Made by a program: the position numbers and the translations under genes | NCBI RefSeq assembly: GCF_018977255.1 | Contig: NW_024704742.1 | Span: 82,152,001-82,216,000, forward strand | Source: Callorhinchus milii | Taxonomy: Eukaryota | Length of the DNA: 64,000 nucleotides | Reading direction: 5' to 3' | Part shown: positions 37,736-49,071 of the stretch, piece by piece | Layout of the letters: each line of letters begins with the position of its first letter | Numbering within the stretch: position 1 is the first letter of the stretch | Notes under the pieces: model-generated | The model's input: the letters and a program-made list of their open reading frames with translations, nothing else | The model's database searches: none | What the model was told of the DNA's origin: nothing

Positions 37736-38211
37736 ACACTGAATCGGAGTGTTACCTTAGACTATGTGATTCCAAGCCCCCAGTTTCACCACCCTTTCAG
37801 GCAATGCATTTATATAAATGCAAGTGGTTTTTCTTGTACTGTCATGGAGACGCCTGAAAGCACTTCACAGGATTTGACTATGAAATGTAGCAACTGTTTA
37901 TTTTGTAGACAAACACAGCAGCCAATTTAAAACATAGAGATTTATGGCACAGAGAAAAGCCATTCATTCCATCGTGGCTGTGCCAGTTCTGTCAAGAGTA
38001 ATCCTTTCAGTCCCATTTACCTGCCCTTTCCCTTTATCCCACTAGCTGACTCTTTTTAAGGTATTTGTCTAGTTCCCTCTTGAAGGCCGTAAGGATTCTG
38101 ATTCAACCAGCACTCATACCAGGGCATTCCATATCCTAACTAATCTGTGGGTGAAAAAAATTCTAACCATCCCATTTGCTCATTTACTGTCTTAAATTGA
38201 GGACCTCTAGT

Positions 38212-38628
38212 TACAACAACAACAAAATTACATTTATAGAGCGCCTTTCACGTCGGGAGGACGTCTCAAAGTGCTGAATAGTCAGGTGTCGGGGCCCGAG
38301 CATGGGGGAGGGGTGGTGTAGGGTTGAGGGAAGGTGGAGAGGTGGGAGGGAGAACAAAGTTACGGTCGAAGAGAAGGGTCTTGAGACCGGCCTTGAAGGA
38401 GGCAAGGGAGGAAGCGAGGGGAAGGGACCGTGGGATGGAGTTCCAGTGTATGGGGGCAGAGAGGCTGAAAGCCTGAGCACCGATGGTAGGGCGGGTCGGG
38501 CGGGAGACATGGAGCAGGCCAGAACCTGATGAATGGAGGGAGCGGGCAGGTTGGTAGGAAGTCAGCAGGTCAGAGAGATAGGATGGCTTTAAAGGTGAGG
38601 ACGAGGATCTTGAACTCGATCCTCTGGG
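38212..38628 (-). mobile_element. L2 3' fragment, young
   Basis: ORF 38266..38637(-) includes IGAQAFSLSAPIHWNSIPRSL...[10 protein letters not shown]. Confidence 0.95.
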
Positions 38629-38904
38629 GTTACTCACTTAATAAAGAAGTTACTCGACAAATAGCCATGAAGTGAATGATTAATTTTATCTGTGGGATTA
38701 TTGGTCAGGACACCAGCAGAAAATATTCTCTTTGCGAATATTGCCACAGGATCTTTAACATCTGCCTGAACAGGTTGACAGAACCTTGGTTTAACATCTC
38801 TTATATTTACCTGCTTGTTATAATAATAATAATAATTTGTTATGAAATACATACAGGACTTAAGAGAACGTGCACTGTTTTTGCAATGTACTTGTTTTTT
38901 TTCC

Positions 38905-39465
38905 CGCAACCTCTGGAATTCCATCCCCCAGTCATTCCGCATCACCCTCTCCTTGGCCTCCTTCAAGTCCCGCCTCAAAACCCTCACCTTTGACCATGCC
39001 ATCAGTCAGCCCCAGTCTCCTCCCCTCCTTTCTCCTTCCCTGATCGGGTCTGAAATGCTGAAAACTGTCCAGGGCCTTGGGATAATAATAATAATAATAA
39101 TAATCCTTGCATTTGATATAGCGCTTTTCACGTCGGGAGGACGTCCCAAAGCGCTTCACAGAACACACTGTAAAGTGAATTGACTGTATATTTGTGGGCG
39201 AACGCGGCAGCCAATTGCGCACAGCAATGTCCCACAAACAGTCGTAGATTGAAAATGACCAATTTCTTATTGTTTTTGTTTTGGAGGGATTATTATTAGG
39301 TGTGTGGAGTAAGGAAACTTGCCCAAGGTTCCGCCCTGCCTGGAATTGAACTCAGGTCTCTCGCTTGCAAAGCGAGTGCTCTAACCACTGAGCTACAGGA
39401 CTCCGACAATGTCCTCCCGACGTGAAAGGTGCTATACAAATGTAATCTTGTTGTTGTTGTTTTTG
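38905..39465 (+). mobile_element. L2 3' end split by a SINE insertion
   Basis: LWNSIPQSFR...FKSRLKTL...agggccttggga, then the SINE, then tgtcctcccgacgtgaaaggtgctatacaaatgtaatcttgttgttg. Confidence 0.8.
39082..39404 (-). mobile_element. tRNA-Ala-like SINE, youngest short subfamily, full length
   Basis: Complete copy with intact CpGs and a long (TAT)n tail. Confidence 0.97.
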
Positions 39466-41591
39466 TTGCATGGGTGTGGTGTGCTCTGAAGGGTCCATCT
39501 AAAGCTGAAACATTAACTAGAGTAGGTGATATCACACTGGGGGTTACAGTGTGATCCACATCAGCTGCACTACAAAAGCAGCCAGTGTGAAGCTCCCCTA
39601 AAAATATAACATTTTGATTCAAGGTGAAAATAAATGCGAGCAGAATGCTGAAACACCAGAGGCCTGGAGCCCTGTAGATCAGTGGTTAGAGCACTCACCA
39701 TGCAAGCGAGAGACCTGGGTTTGATTCCAGGCAGGGCGAAATGTTGGGCAAGTTTGCTTGCTCCACATGCCTCTGCAAGGATTATTATTATTATTAAGCA
39801 GTGTGCATGTAGTTGTGAACACATGGGTCTGCTCCTGTTCCTATGTACAGAACTTTGCCTTCCCAGTTTTATTGCAATGTGAATGGGCAAATGTGAACAC
39901 AACTCTCCACTTGCATCGCTATAAAAATAGATCCTTTACTGCACCCTTGATGCAGTGTAAGGGTAGCATAAATTTAGCAGCTAACAATGTCGATGCAGCA
40001 TACAATTTGATTCTATTGCAAGCACTTAAAAACCTGAGTGCTTGTTCTAACATATTCCTGCATTCCCACTATATTAGTCACAAACAATTGCCAGACAGTA
40101 TTACAAAACCAATCAATGAAACAAAGCAATTTGATTATAAAATCAGCCCGTTTGTTTTGTTGAGCTTGGACAATTCTTTGATAATGCAATTCTAATGTTA
40201 TTGGGTGCAATTTTGGGCAATCTATTTTCAAAAGTATCTTTGATTTGATGGAACAAGTTCAGAGAAGAGTAACTGGGACAATCTTTGGTCTCAAGGCTTA
40301 AAGAAAGACTCACAGATTGAAGTTATTTTCATTAAAGAAGATTCAGAGGGGACACGATTCAGGCCTTTACAATGATAGAAGCCATGAATAATATGGTAGG
40401 TTATTTAACATTGACTGTGAATAAAGAACGGCATGACATGAATAGAGAATTAACAAGTCTCTAATAATATTAGAAATGATAGTAATGGATCTGTGGAATA
40501 AACCCCCAGCCAAAGCTTTAAAAGTTGTTTCGATGAAATATTTAAAAAGAGAGTCGAACAAATATGCTTTAAAAAAAGAGGATGATTCTCATGAGCTATC
40601 ATGAATGAGTCTCCTGTGGAAAACAGCTAATCGGAATCGTAAAGGACAAGGTTTGGTTAATGTTGGAGACTTGCTTGATTACTGGTGGGATCAGGGGAAT
40701 TTTCACTGAGCTTTAACTTCTTTGAGTTGACCCTGCGCTTGGTCACTTCATAAAATAAGTGTTGAGAAAAGCTCTTCGTAGAGAAATTTTCACACAAACT
40801 ACGGAGGGATATCTGCAGAGTCTATGGGCCAACTTGTGGCTGCCTGATGGTTATGGCAAACCTTCTGGTGTTTTGCAGTTAATACTTTGATGGTTAGTCT
40901 AGTCTACATAACAACCATCAAAATATTAACCGCAAAACATCCACACACAATACAATACAATTTACATGTATGTGGTACCTCTTACATTGGGAAGATGTCT
41001 CAAAATGTTTACACTGCTAGTTGGGTACCCAAGCTGGGCTGGGATAGGTGGCGGAGGTAGGTGAAGAGAGTGGGGAGGGCTAAGATGATTGAAAGGCATA
41101 TGTCTTAATGCAGGCTTTGAAAATGTGGAAGGTGAGGAACTCCAGGAAGGAGTTCCCGAGAGTGGCGGCAGAAGGCTGAAACTCACCGACCAAACAGGAC
41201 ATGATTGATTCCACCAAACACTAATTCAGTTCAATTATATAGCTTTTAAAGAGCATTATGAAGCTATTGATTGTTACGTAGCAGTTTGTATTTTTGGATA
41301 TAGATTCAGTTGGTGAAAGGATGAGAAAGTTGCTCACTTGCTCACAAAAGCAAAATTTAGAAAAAATATTGCTCTTTGCTCTGCAGCAAATACACCATCT
41401 GTGCAACATCTTATTAATATATATATGTTGTATATGAAAATAAAGTACTGACTCCGATTGAAGGGGGGGTAAATTCAGAATGAATACACTACTTCAGTGA
41501 GTGAGCAGTAACCATATGGAACAGGCTCCCTAGGGAGACGTCCGAAGCAGAAAATGTTGATTCATTCAAAGACAAATTGGATAGATTTCTG

Positions 41592-41760
41592 TTGCGCACA
41601 GCAGTGTCCCACAAACAATCATGGATTGAGTGACCAAATTATTTTTATTATTTTTTTGAAGGAATTATTATCCCTGGAAAAGCGATCCGCCAATTGACTA
41701 ACAACCAGGTTCTTACTTACTGCTTAGGTAAACCGAGGCGTGTGGAGCAAGGAAACTTGC
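41592..41760 (-). mobile_element. SINE middle fragment, long subfamily
   Basis: gcgcacagcagtgtcccacaaac...ggaaacttgc. Confidence 0.85.
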
Positions 41761-41834
41761 TTAGCCTAGTGTGAATGATCATGGGATGCTTCTTAATTGC
41801 TCCTTTGGTCACTTCCAGCACGGGGTCTACAGGT

Positions 41835-42410
41835 TGGCCACTACTGCTTTAGAGGAAGATAAGCAGCCTGTCCTTGAGGCTGAACTAGCTCCAAGGTTGC
41901 GTGCTTGCCCATGGAATTTCGGAATCAAGTCAACCATCTGTGGCAATCTTAGTCATCTGGTTCCTAAGCCGGGTCCACAGTACTACAGGGCAGGCACTGC
42001 TGATGTCAGACCAGCCAGCCTAGTTATCGGCAGGACTTGGAGGGCCAGATCAAAATTGTTCCCACTCGTCTCCTGTTGACCCTGCAAGTCAAAGTCCTAA
42101 CAGGTAGGTGATCTTAGCTTGACAAACAGTATCTCAATGGTAAACTATGTGGTATTAACGGATTAATCTTGAGCAGTTACCCCAACACACATTCTGGAGT
42201 CCCCAAGCCTTGGCTTTAGCCAACCTGAGTTTAACACTCTCCAGAATTAGGTTAGCAGGTGCATCACTCCAGGGAGAGAATGTAGACTGCAAACAGGGAA
42301 ATTTTCATGTGTAGGTGGCATATATATGTGGAATTCTCAGGTTGGCCTGGATATTCTTGAGCATGGTGCCGAGTTTGTGTAATTGTCAGACACCCGGCTG
42401 ACCCAAAAAT
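41835..42410 (+). mobile_element. Family X, near full length
   Basis: 5' hairpin at 41872-41896; 3' hairpin gtcagacacccggctgac at 42385-42402 followed by an A-run. Confidence 0.8.
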
Positions 42411-43569
42411 AATGTAGTGTTGCTTACCAAAGGCAATTGGCCAGATAGTAACTTGGAAACATTATTTCATGCAAAGTTTATTTTGCCAGTGGTTTGAGAG
42501 AAATTTCACCCCGGTCTAGATTTACTCTATTATGTAGCATTTCAAAGTGCCTGAACTTTGGCTAATTGTTGAATTTAATCTTAACTTTGAAGTCGATTTT
42601 CTGATCTTAAAAGTAATTATGAATAAACAGCTTAAAAATTAGAAATTTTTCAAATTCAGGGCACTCCAAAATGCTTCATAAACAGAATAAATCTATACCA
42701 GGTAGAATTTCTCCCCTGGAGTTTGTTACTAAATAGGACAATTGCAATATACATGCAATAAAATGGTAAGACATTGCTTACAAATACACCTTTACCATAC
42801 TTCATGGTAAAATCTTGTGAAGTGCTTTGAGACATCTTGATAATGTGAGAAGACACTGTATCAAACGCAAGGATTATTTTCATGGTGTCTTTCGTGGGAA
42901 ACAAGTGAACCGGTTCCAGCTCCAACCATCAATTTGTAAAGTGAGTTTGTAGACCATCATAAAGATAATCCCTTAATAGCAATATGTTTGCCTAAGCATC
43001 TGTGAGATTATACCTCAATCTCATTGTTTAATGGCAAATGGCTTTACAACATTTTTTTTCACATACGAGATTAAGAAAATAATTCAAGTTGAAGGATAAC
43101 CGTCGGATAATGAATGGTCTTCTCATACTGAGATCCAAGTCTAAGTTAATTAAACACAATTGTAGTTTTTAAACATCCCTGTGTCCCAAATGATTTTCAC
43201 GAGAATGTTTCAGGTGGTGGTGACCCAAGGACAAAGTGGAGGTTATATAAAGATGATTATAGATCCTCCACTGTGCTCTGAAGTCCCAGTGAAATATTAT
43301 CAGGACCTAAAGGAGCTTATTTGTGTGATATGAGGCAAATTATCAAAACTCTTTAATTGATCTTATAGGCTCAGTGGTCTCTCAGGTCTCTACACATCAG
43401 ACAATGATTTAGCTCTGGTAGAAGTGATAAAGTGTTGGAGAATTAAGGTAATAATTTGATAAGTATAATGCTGCCTTCTCTTGACACCCCCCACCTCTTG
43501 AGTTTTATAGCCAATATCTCTTTTTTGATTGCAGTAATTGTTGATCCTTTTCTATCTTTTTTTGTGTGT

Positions 43570-44158
43570 GGGGGGGAAGGTAGTTGGAGTCTCCTTGATG
43601 CTGAACTGGCTACAAGGCGGTATGCTTGGCAACGGAATATCAGAATTAAGGCAACACTCTGTGTGACGCTAGTCTGTTTTCTACGCCAGGCATGCCCTTG
43701 GGTAGATCATCATCACTTGAGACATTCTTGTGAAATTCATTTGGGACATATAGATTTGTTTAAAAACTACTATTGCTCCAAGGCACTACAGATGACAGTC
43801 CAGCTAGCTTGGCTCATCAGTAGGACTTGGAGGGGCACTTTCCAGATATTGCTCTCAATGGCAAAATCTGTGATTTTAGCCTATTAAACTCCAGAAGTAC
43901 TTCACTAGACCGTTTACAGGCACCCAAACCTTGACTCTTGCCAATTTGTACCTAATATTCTCTGGAATTAGATAAGCAGGATACATCCCTCTGGGGAGAG
44001 AGAGAGTCTGAATTCCATTCCAATAAATATCTTGGGAATTTCCATGTGTAGGTGGAATTCATGGGACTCTCAGTCTTCTTTGGATATTATTAAGTGATGG
44101 ATGTCCGCTAGATGGATCAGTTGGATGAATGTGTCAAACACTCTTTGACAAAAACAAA
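43570..44158 (+). mobile_element. Family X, with an internal interruption
   Basis: 5' hairpin at 43593-43617; 3' end gtgtcaaacactctttgacaaaaac. Confidence 0.75.
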
Positions 44159-44770
44159 TGTAAGCCTTTTCTGTGCTCATCTGGAAAATAGACAGATCTG
44201 AGTGCCTGAATACAAGATATGTCTATTTGGTTAACAAGGGGATAAAATATTAATTATGTGCTGCCATTAAAAAAACAACTTTTTGGCTGGATTGCAGTTG
44301 GTGATCAAGTGCATTAACAAATAGAGGGAAAGTGCTGCTTGAACGTTGGTGCCCAACGCACAAAATCACAGATCAATCTGACTGTCCAGCAAGTTACAGG
44401 CATGAAGATTTAACACACTAGTGCTAAGTTCTTTACCACTCAATCAGGCAGAAGCTATATCCAGTAAAGCCGTTGAAACATTGAGAAATATTGATATTGC
44501 CTCAAACATTCCCCCAGATTTCCAGAATTGTAGACAATAGCACATCTGTTCTATTCCAAGCCTTAAGAGAAACTCACATCTGATTTCCCTGATTTCCACT
44601 TACCTCAGAGGATTCACCACTAAATGTAATGAATGGCCAAAAATAGACAACAGAAGCAACTCCAAAGTTTTGGTGAAGAAAATTTTTGTTCCATAAAATT
44701 ACTGTACGATTTGAGTGGAGTAGCTGTCTTTTAGTGAATAGCCTTTACAGTTATCTAGTTTAATCTTTCT

Positions 44771-45463
44771 AACATAACATAACATGTAGGAGCAGGAGTA
44801 GGCCATTCACCCTTCGAGACTGCCCCGCCATTCAATCATGACTGATCTTCTATTCTAACTCCAGCTAATACCATAACCCTGCCTTACCCCATATCCCTTA
44901 ATCCCTTTTGCAATAAGAAATCTATCTATCTCAGTCTTGAATATGTTCAAGGACTGAGCATCAACAGCCATTTGGGGTAGTGAGTTCCATACATTCACTA
45001 CCCTTTGAGTGAAGAAGTTCTTCCTCAACTCAGTGCGAAAGGGCTGGCCTCTGATTTTAAGGTTGTGACCCCTGGTTTTAGTTTCTCCAACCAGGGGAAA
45101 CAATCTCCCACTATCTACTCTATCATGTCCTTTGATGATCTTATAGGTTTCTATAAGATCCCCTCTAATTCTTCTATATTCTAGAGAATATAGGCTCAAA
45201 TTGTTCAGCCTATCCTCGTAACTCATCCCCTTCATACCTGGTACTAACCTAGTAAATCTATGCTGCACCCCCTCCAAGGCAAGTACATCCTTCCTTAAAT
45301 AAGGAGACCAAAACTGCACACAGTATTTCAGCTGTGGTCTCACCAGGGCCGTATACAGTTGCAGCAAGACTTCCCTACTCTTATACTATAATCCTTTCAT
45401 AATGAATGCTAACATACCATTTGCCTTCTTAATCGCTTGCTGCACCTGCAGACTAACTTTCTG
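44771..45463 (-). mobile_element. CR1 LINE 3' fragment, young (open ORF2 C-terminus)
   Basis: ORF 44855..45367(-) reads MLQLYTALVRPQLKYCVQFWSPYLRKDVLALEGVQHRFTRLVPG...RIRGDLIETYKI...FFTQRVVNVWNSLP; (ATGTT)n tail. Confidence 0.97.
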
Positions 45464-45519
45464 TTAATTCTTAGCTGTTGGCTGCTGCATGCTGGTTATA
45501 GATGTTATAGTTTAGGTGT

Positions 45520-46175
45520 TAGCCTGGCTCAGTTGGTAGCACTTTCACCACTGAGTCAGAAGGTTCTTGGTTGAAGTCCCCACTCATAGTCTAGGCTGTC
45601 ATGCCAATACAGTGTTAGGCTGGTGCCACAAAGTTTTAGATGCTGTCCTTCAGATGAGACGTTAACCCGAGTTCTGGTCTACCTGTTTAGGTGGATATTA
45701 AAGATCATATGTTCCTACTCAAAAAGAGAAGGGAGTTTCTCCCTTGGTTCTGGCCAATAATCCCAAAATAATATTGGTCATTCATTTCATGGCTGTTTGC
45801 TGAACATTGCTGTGCGCAATAAAAACAGAAGCTGTTGGGAGCACTCAGCAGGTCAAGCAGCATTTATGGAGAGAAGAAAGTCAGTTAACATTTCAGGTGC
45901 ATCAGGAAGAAGGTTATCGGCCTGAAACGTTAACTCACTTTCCACTCTCGATAGATGCTGCCTGACATGCTGAGTGTTCTCAGCAACTTCTGTTTATATT
46001 TCAGATTACCAGCATCTGCAGTTATTTTGATATTTGTTTATTGCTGTGTGAAAATTGGCTGCTGGATTTGCCTACAAAATAGTCAGTACCTACACTTTAC
46101 AGTATATCCTGTGAAACACTTTGAGACATCCTCCTGATGTGAACAGTGCTATTTCAAATGTAAGAATTATTATTT
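45520..46175 (+). mobile_element. Deu-domain SINE interrupted by a Penelope-like insertion
   Basis: Head agcctggctcagttggtagcac and Deu body. The tail resumes at attgctgtgtgaaaattggctgc (46040). Confidence 0.88.
45820..46039. mobile_element. Penelope-like terminal-repeat fragment in inverted arrangement, with a degenerate minimal hammerhead
   Basis: 45823-45898 and 45920-45995 are reverse complements. Core-like caggaaga-aggtt/ggcct-gaaac-gtta. Flanked by imperfect direct repeats attgctgtgcgcaa / attgctgtgtgaaa. Confidence 0.65.
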
Positions 46176-48355
46176 CAATATTTTACTGAATGGAAAGAGC
46201 TAAATCATTTTCCAAGCATTGTAAAGGTACCCAACTAGTTATTTGGATGACGTAGGTTCTTGACTCTGACAAATTAATCTCTGTTATTACTAAACCTTTT
46301 TGGTCAGCGTTTCAGGGTCTTCCCATCTCCCTTCCTGTTTTGATACAATATATCTCTGCTCTGTTATCCTGCAACATTTCCACGTCGTAATATTACGCCT
46401 TTTAATCTTCCAAAAAGAGAACCATTGTGATTACTCGCTTCCCTTGTTAGGTCAGAATTTAAGAGCCGGTGGGTGTACAATGCTCATCAAGAAGTCTTTC
46501 AACTTGCTCCACTGAGGAGCAATCAACAGGTTGAATTTTCTTTTAATAGAGACAGAACAGAAGGAAACAAAAAAAATCATAAATCTTCAAGGATCAGTAC
46601 AATTAATAAGGAACTTGTGGCTGAAAGGAGGACAATGCAATTGAGAACTCTCGGGAGAGAAAGAGAAAATAAAGAATTCAAGGAAGTGGAAAATAGCTCA
46701 TCGCACTCATTCTCTGAACGTTCCTATCTCAGGCTTCCAGAGTTGGAGGTTGTCAATGTTCAATATTTGCTGCTCAGTGCTCAACATCTCAAACAAGCAA
46801 AAACCAAGCCAGTATGGTTAATTTAACAAAGTGAGTGGCAGTAAGTGATTTCCTGCAAGAATTAAACATGCTGACATGCTTCCCTCATTGGAATTTGTCT
46901 TCACTTGCAGACACATCCCAGCCTTTGTTTCCCCAGTAATATTTCAGGTGGAGGCATTGACAGTCATTAGTATGCAAAGAAATTAATAACCACCTTGGAA
47001 GATGGAGAGAACTAAATTGACCTGACAGTAGAGTTGAAACAATGTGAGTAAGACAGGAAACCGTTGTAGAAAGAGTAATAAGACTAGCGCATAAATTTAT
47101 GCTAACTTAAAAGTGCATCAGCATAAACTTATGTCTACCACAAAAAAATGTTTGCCATAAAAAAAACTGACATAAATTGTAATGTTCCAAAGAATTCAAG
47201 TGAAATTATAATGACGGAATATCAGAGAAAGCAGCACTGGATGAATCATCTGTGGTTAACACTAATTTTGCACAATTGACTCTTCATTTAAGTGATTTGC
47301 TCTTATACTTGCCCTATGTGGTGAATTTCTTTTCTGCTAAGTGCTCCCCTGTTTGAAGGTTATATACTGCTAAATTGAGCAGACACAGAGCCTGTATTCT
47401 GTATCTATGACTAACCCTGATGGCCTTGCTTCATTGCCACTGGTCCTGGTGGAGACGTCACTGTGCTCATGATACTCTCAGAGGCAATGACGACCACCAC
47501 TTGTTTAGTTCTAGACTGTGCTACAAAAGATAAGAGGAAATTATTTCCAGGGTTCAGTGAGTCGATGACTAAAGGATATCGATTGAAGATTATTATCAAA
47601 GGAGTAAAGGGAGAGATTGGGAGGATTAATTTTACTCAGCTACTTTTGAGGATGTGGAATATTCTTTTGTGGTGGTGGTCAAGGCAGAATCCATATTGCC
47701 TTTTCAGCGGGAATGACATAGATATCTGAAAATAAATAATTTGCCGGGGTATTGGGAAAAGACAGGGAAACACTGTTTTAGCACTTCGAAACAGTATCCT
47801 GCATGAAGGATGCTAAATGCAAGCCATTGTTGTTCAGACGTAATGGGCTGAATGGTCTTCTCTGTGCTATGATTCTAACTGCCACTGATATGTGTGATAA
47901 CCGGCTATGTCAGTGTTGTATGATCCATACCATTGGTGGAGGCCATCAGTTTAAGACGCCCACTGAGATATGAATGTACAGAACAGTGGCAACCCATAAC
48001 TGTCAGGTTTAGGAATCTCTGAGTCCAATAAATCCTGCAAAGTGCTTTCTGACGTGAAAAAAAATAAGTGTCAGTCTGGCTCAGTTGGGAGCCCTCTTGC
48101 CTCTGAGTCAGAGGGTTGTGGGCTCAAGCTCCAATTTGGAATTTGAAACCAATAGTCAAGGCCAGCATGGTCCAACAGGTGGCTTGACAGGTGTGATTTT
48201 ATCTGGCCCGAGACCATTTTGAACTTTTGACCACCTGCACTCTCCCTCGCTGGGGAAGGTCCTCTTATGGCAGCACAGGAGCCAGTGTTGGGATGATGCA
48301 GAGAAGGGAATGGGAATAATGCTCCTGTCGCTGGAAATAGTAACCTGTGTGACTG

Positions 48356-48750
48356 ATTGAGAGAAAGGAGAGAGAGAGAGTGTGAGAGGGGAGAGAGAGT
48401 GTGTGGGGGAGAGTGTGGGTAAGAGTGAGGGAGACAGTGTGAGAGAGAGGGAAAGAGACTGTGTGAGGGGCGGGGGAGACAGAAAGTGTGTGAGGGAGAG
48501 AGTAGAGGAGAGTGATTGAGAGAGAGGAGGAGGAGGAAAGAGTGTGCGAGAGGAGGGAGAGTGTGTGGAAGAGAAGGAAAGGGAGTGAGAGAAAGTAACT
48601 GAGAGAGGGAGAAAGAATGTGTCAGAGAGGGAGAAGGGGAGGAAGTGATTGAGAGTGGGGGGAGAGAGTGTGAGAGGGGCAGAGAGAGAGTGTGTGTGAG
48701 AGAGGGGGAGAGAGGGAGTGATTGTGAGAGAGAGCATGAGAGACAGGGAT
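48356..48750. repeat. Imperfect (GA)/(GAGT) purine-rich low-complexity tract
   Basis: Seen directly; it explains ORF 48156..48737(-). Confidence 0.95.
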
Positions 48751-48757
48751 GAGTTGT

Positions 48758-49071
48758 GGAGTCCTGTAGTTCAGTGGTTAGAGCACTCGCTTTGCAAGTG
48801 AGAGACCTGGGTTAAATTCCCGGCAGGGTGAAACCTTGGGCAAGTTTCCTTACTTCACACGCCTGATAATAATCCCTCAAGAAAATAAAACAATAATAAA
48901 TTGGTCACTTCAATCCACGACTGTTTGTGGGACACTGCTGTGTGCAATTGGCTGCCACATTTCGCCTACAAATATAGTCAATTCACTTTTCAGTATATTC
49001 TGTGAAGCGCTTTGAGATGTCTAGAAGACATGAAAAGCGCTAAATCAAATGCAAGGATTATTAATATTATT
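48758..49071 (+). mobile_element. tRNA-Ala-like SINE, short subfamily
   Basis: Full head to tail. Confidence 0.95.

Noticed and set aside
41990..42050. CTGATGA-like word in family X as a hammerhead core
   Set aside because: No conserved helix II followed by GAAA across copies.
46454..46826. 117-aa ORF after a ttgttag acceptor
   Set aside because: No recognisable protein and no strong donor.
48160..48316. HDV-ribozyme-like words (GGCCAGCATGGTCC ... CCTCGCTGG ... GAATGGGA)
   Set aside because: P1 forms only about 5 bp, and P2 and P3 cannot be built in the required order. Treated as chance.
48156..48737. 193-aa Ser/Leu/Pro-rich ORF
   Set aside because: Artefact of the (CT)-rich low-complexity strand.
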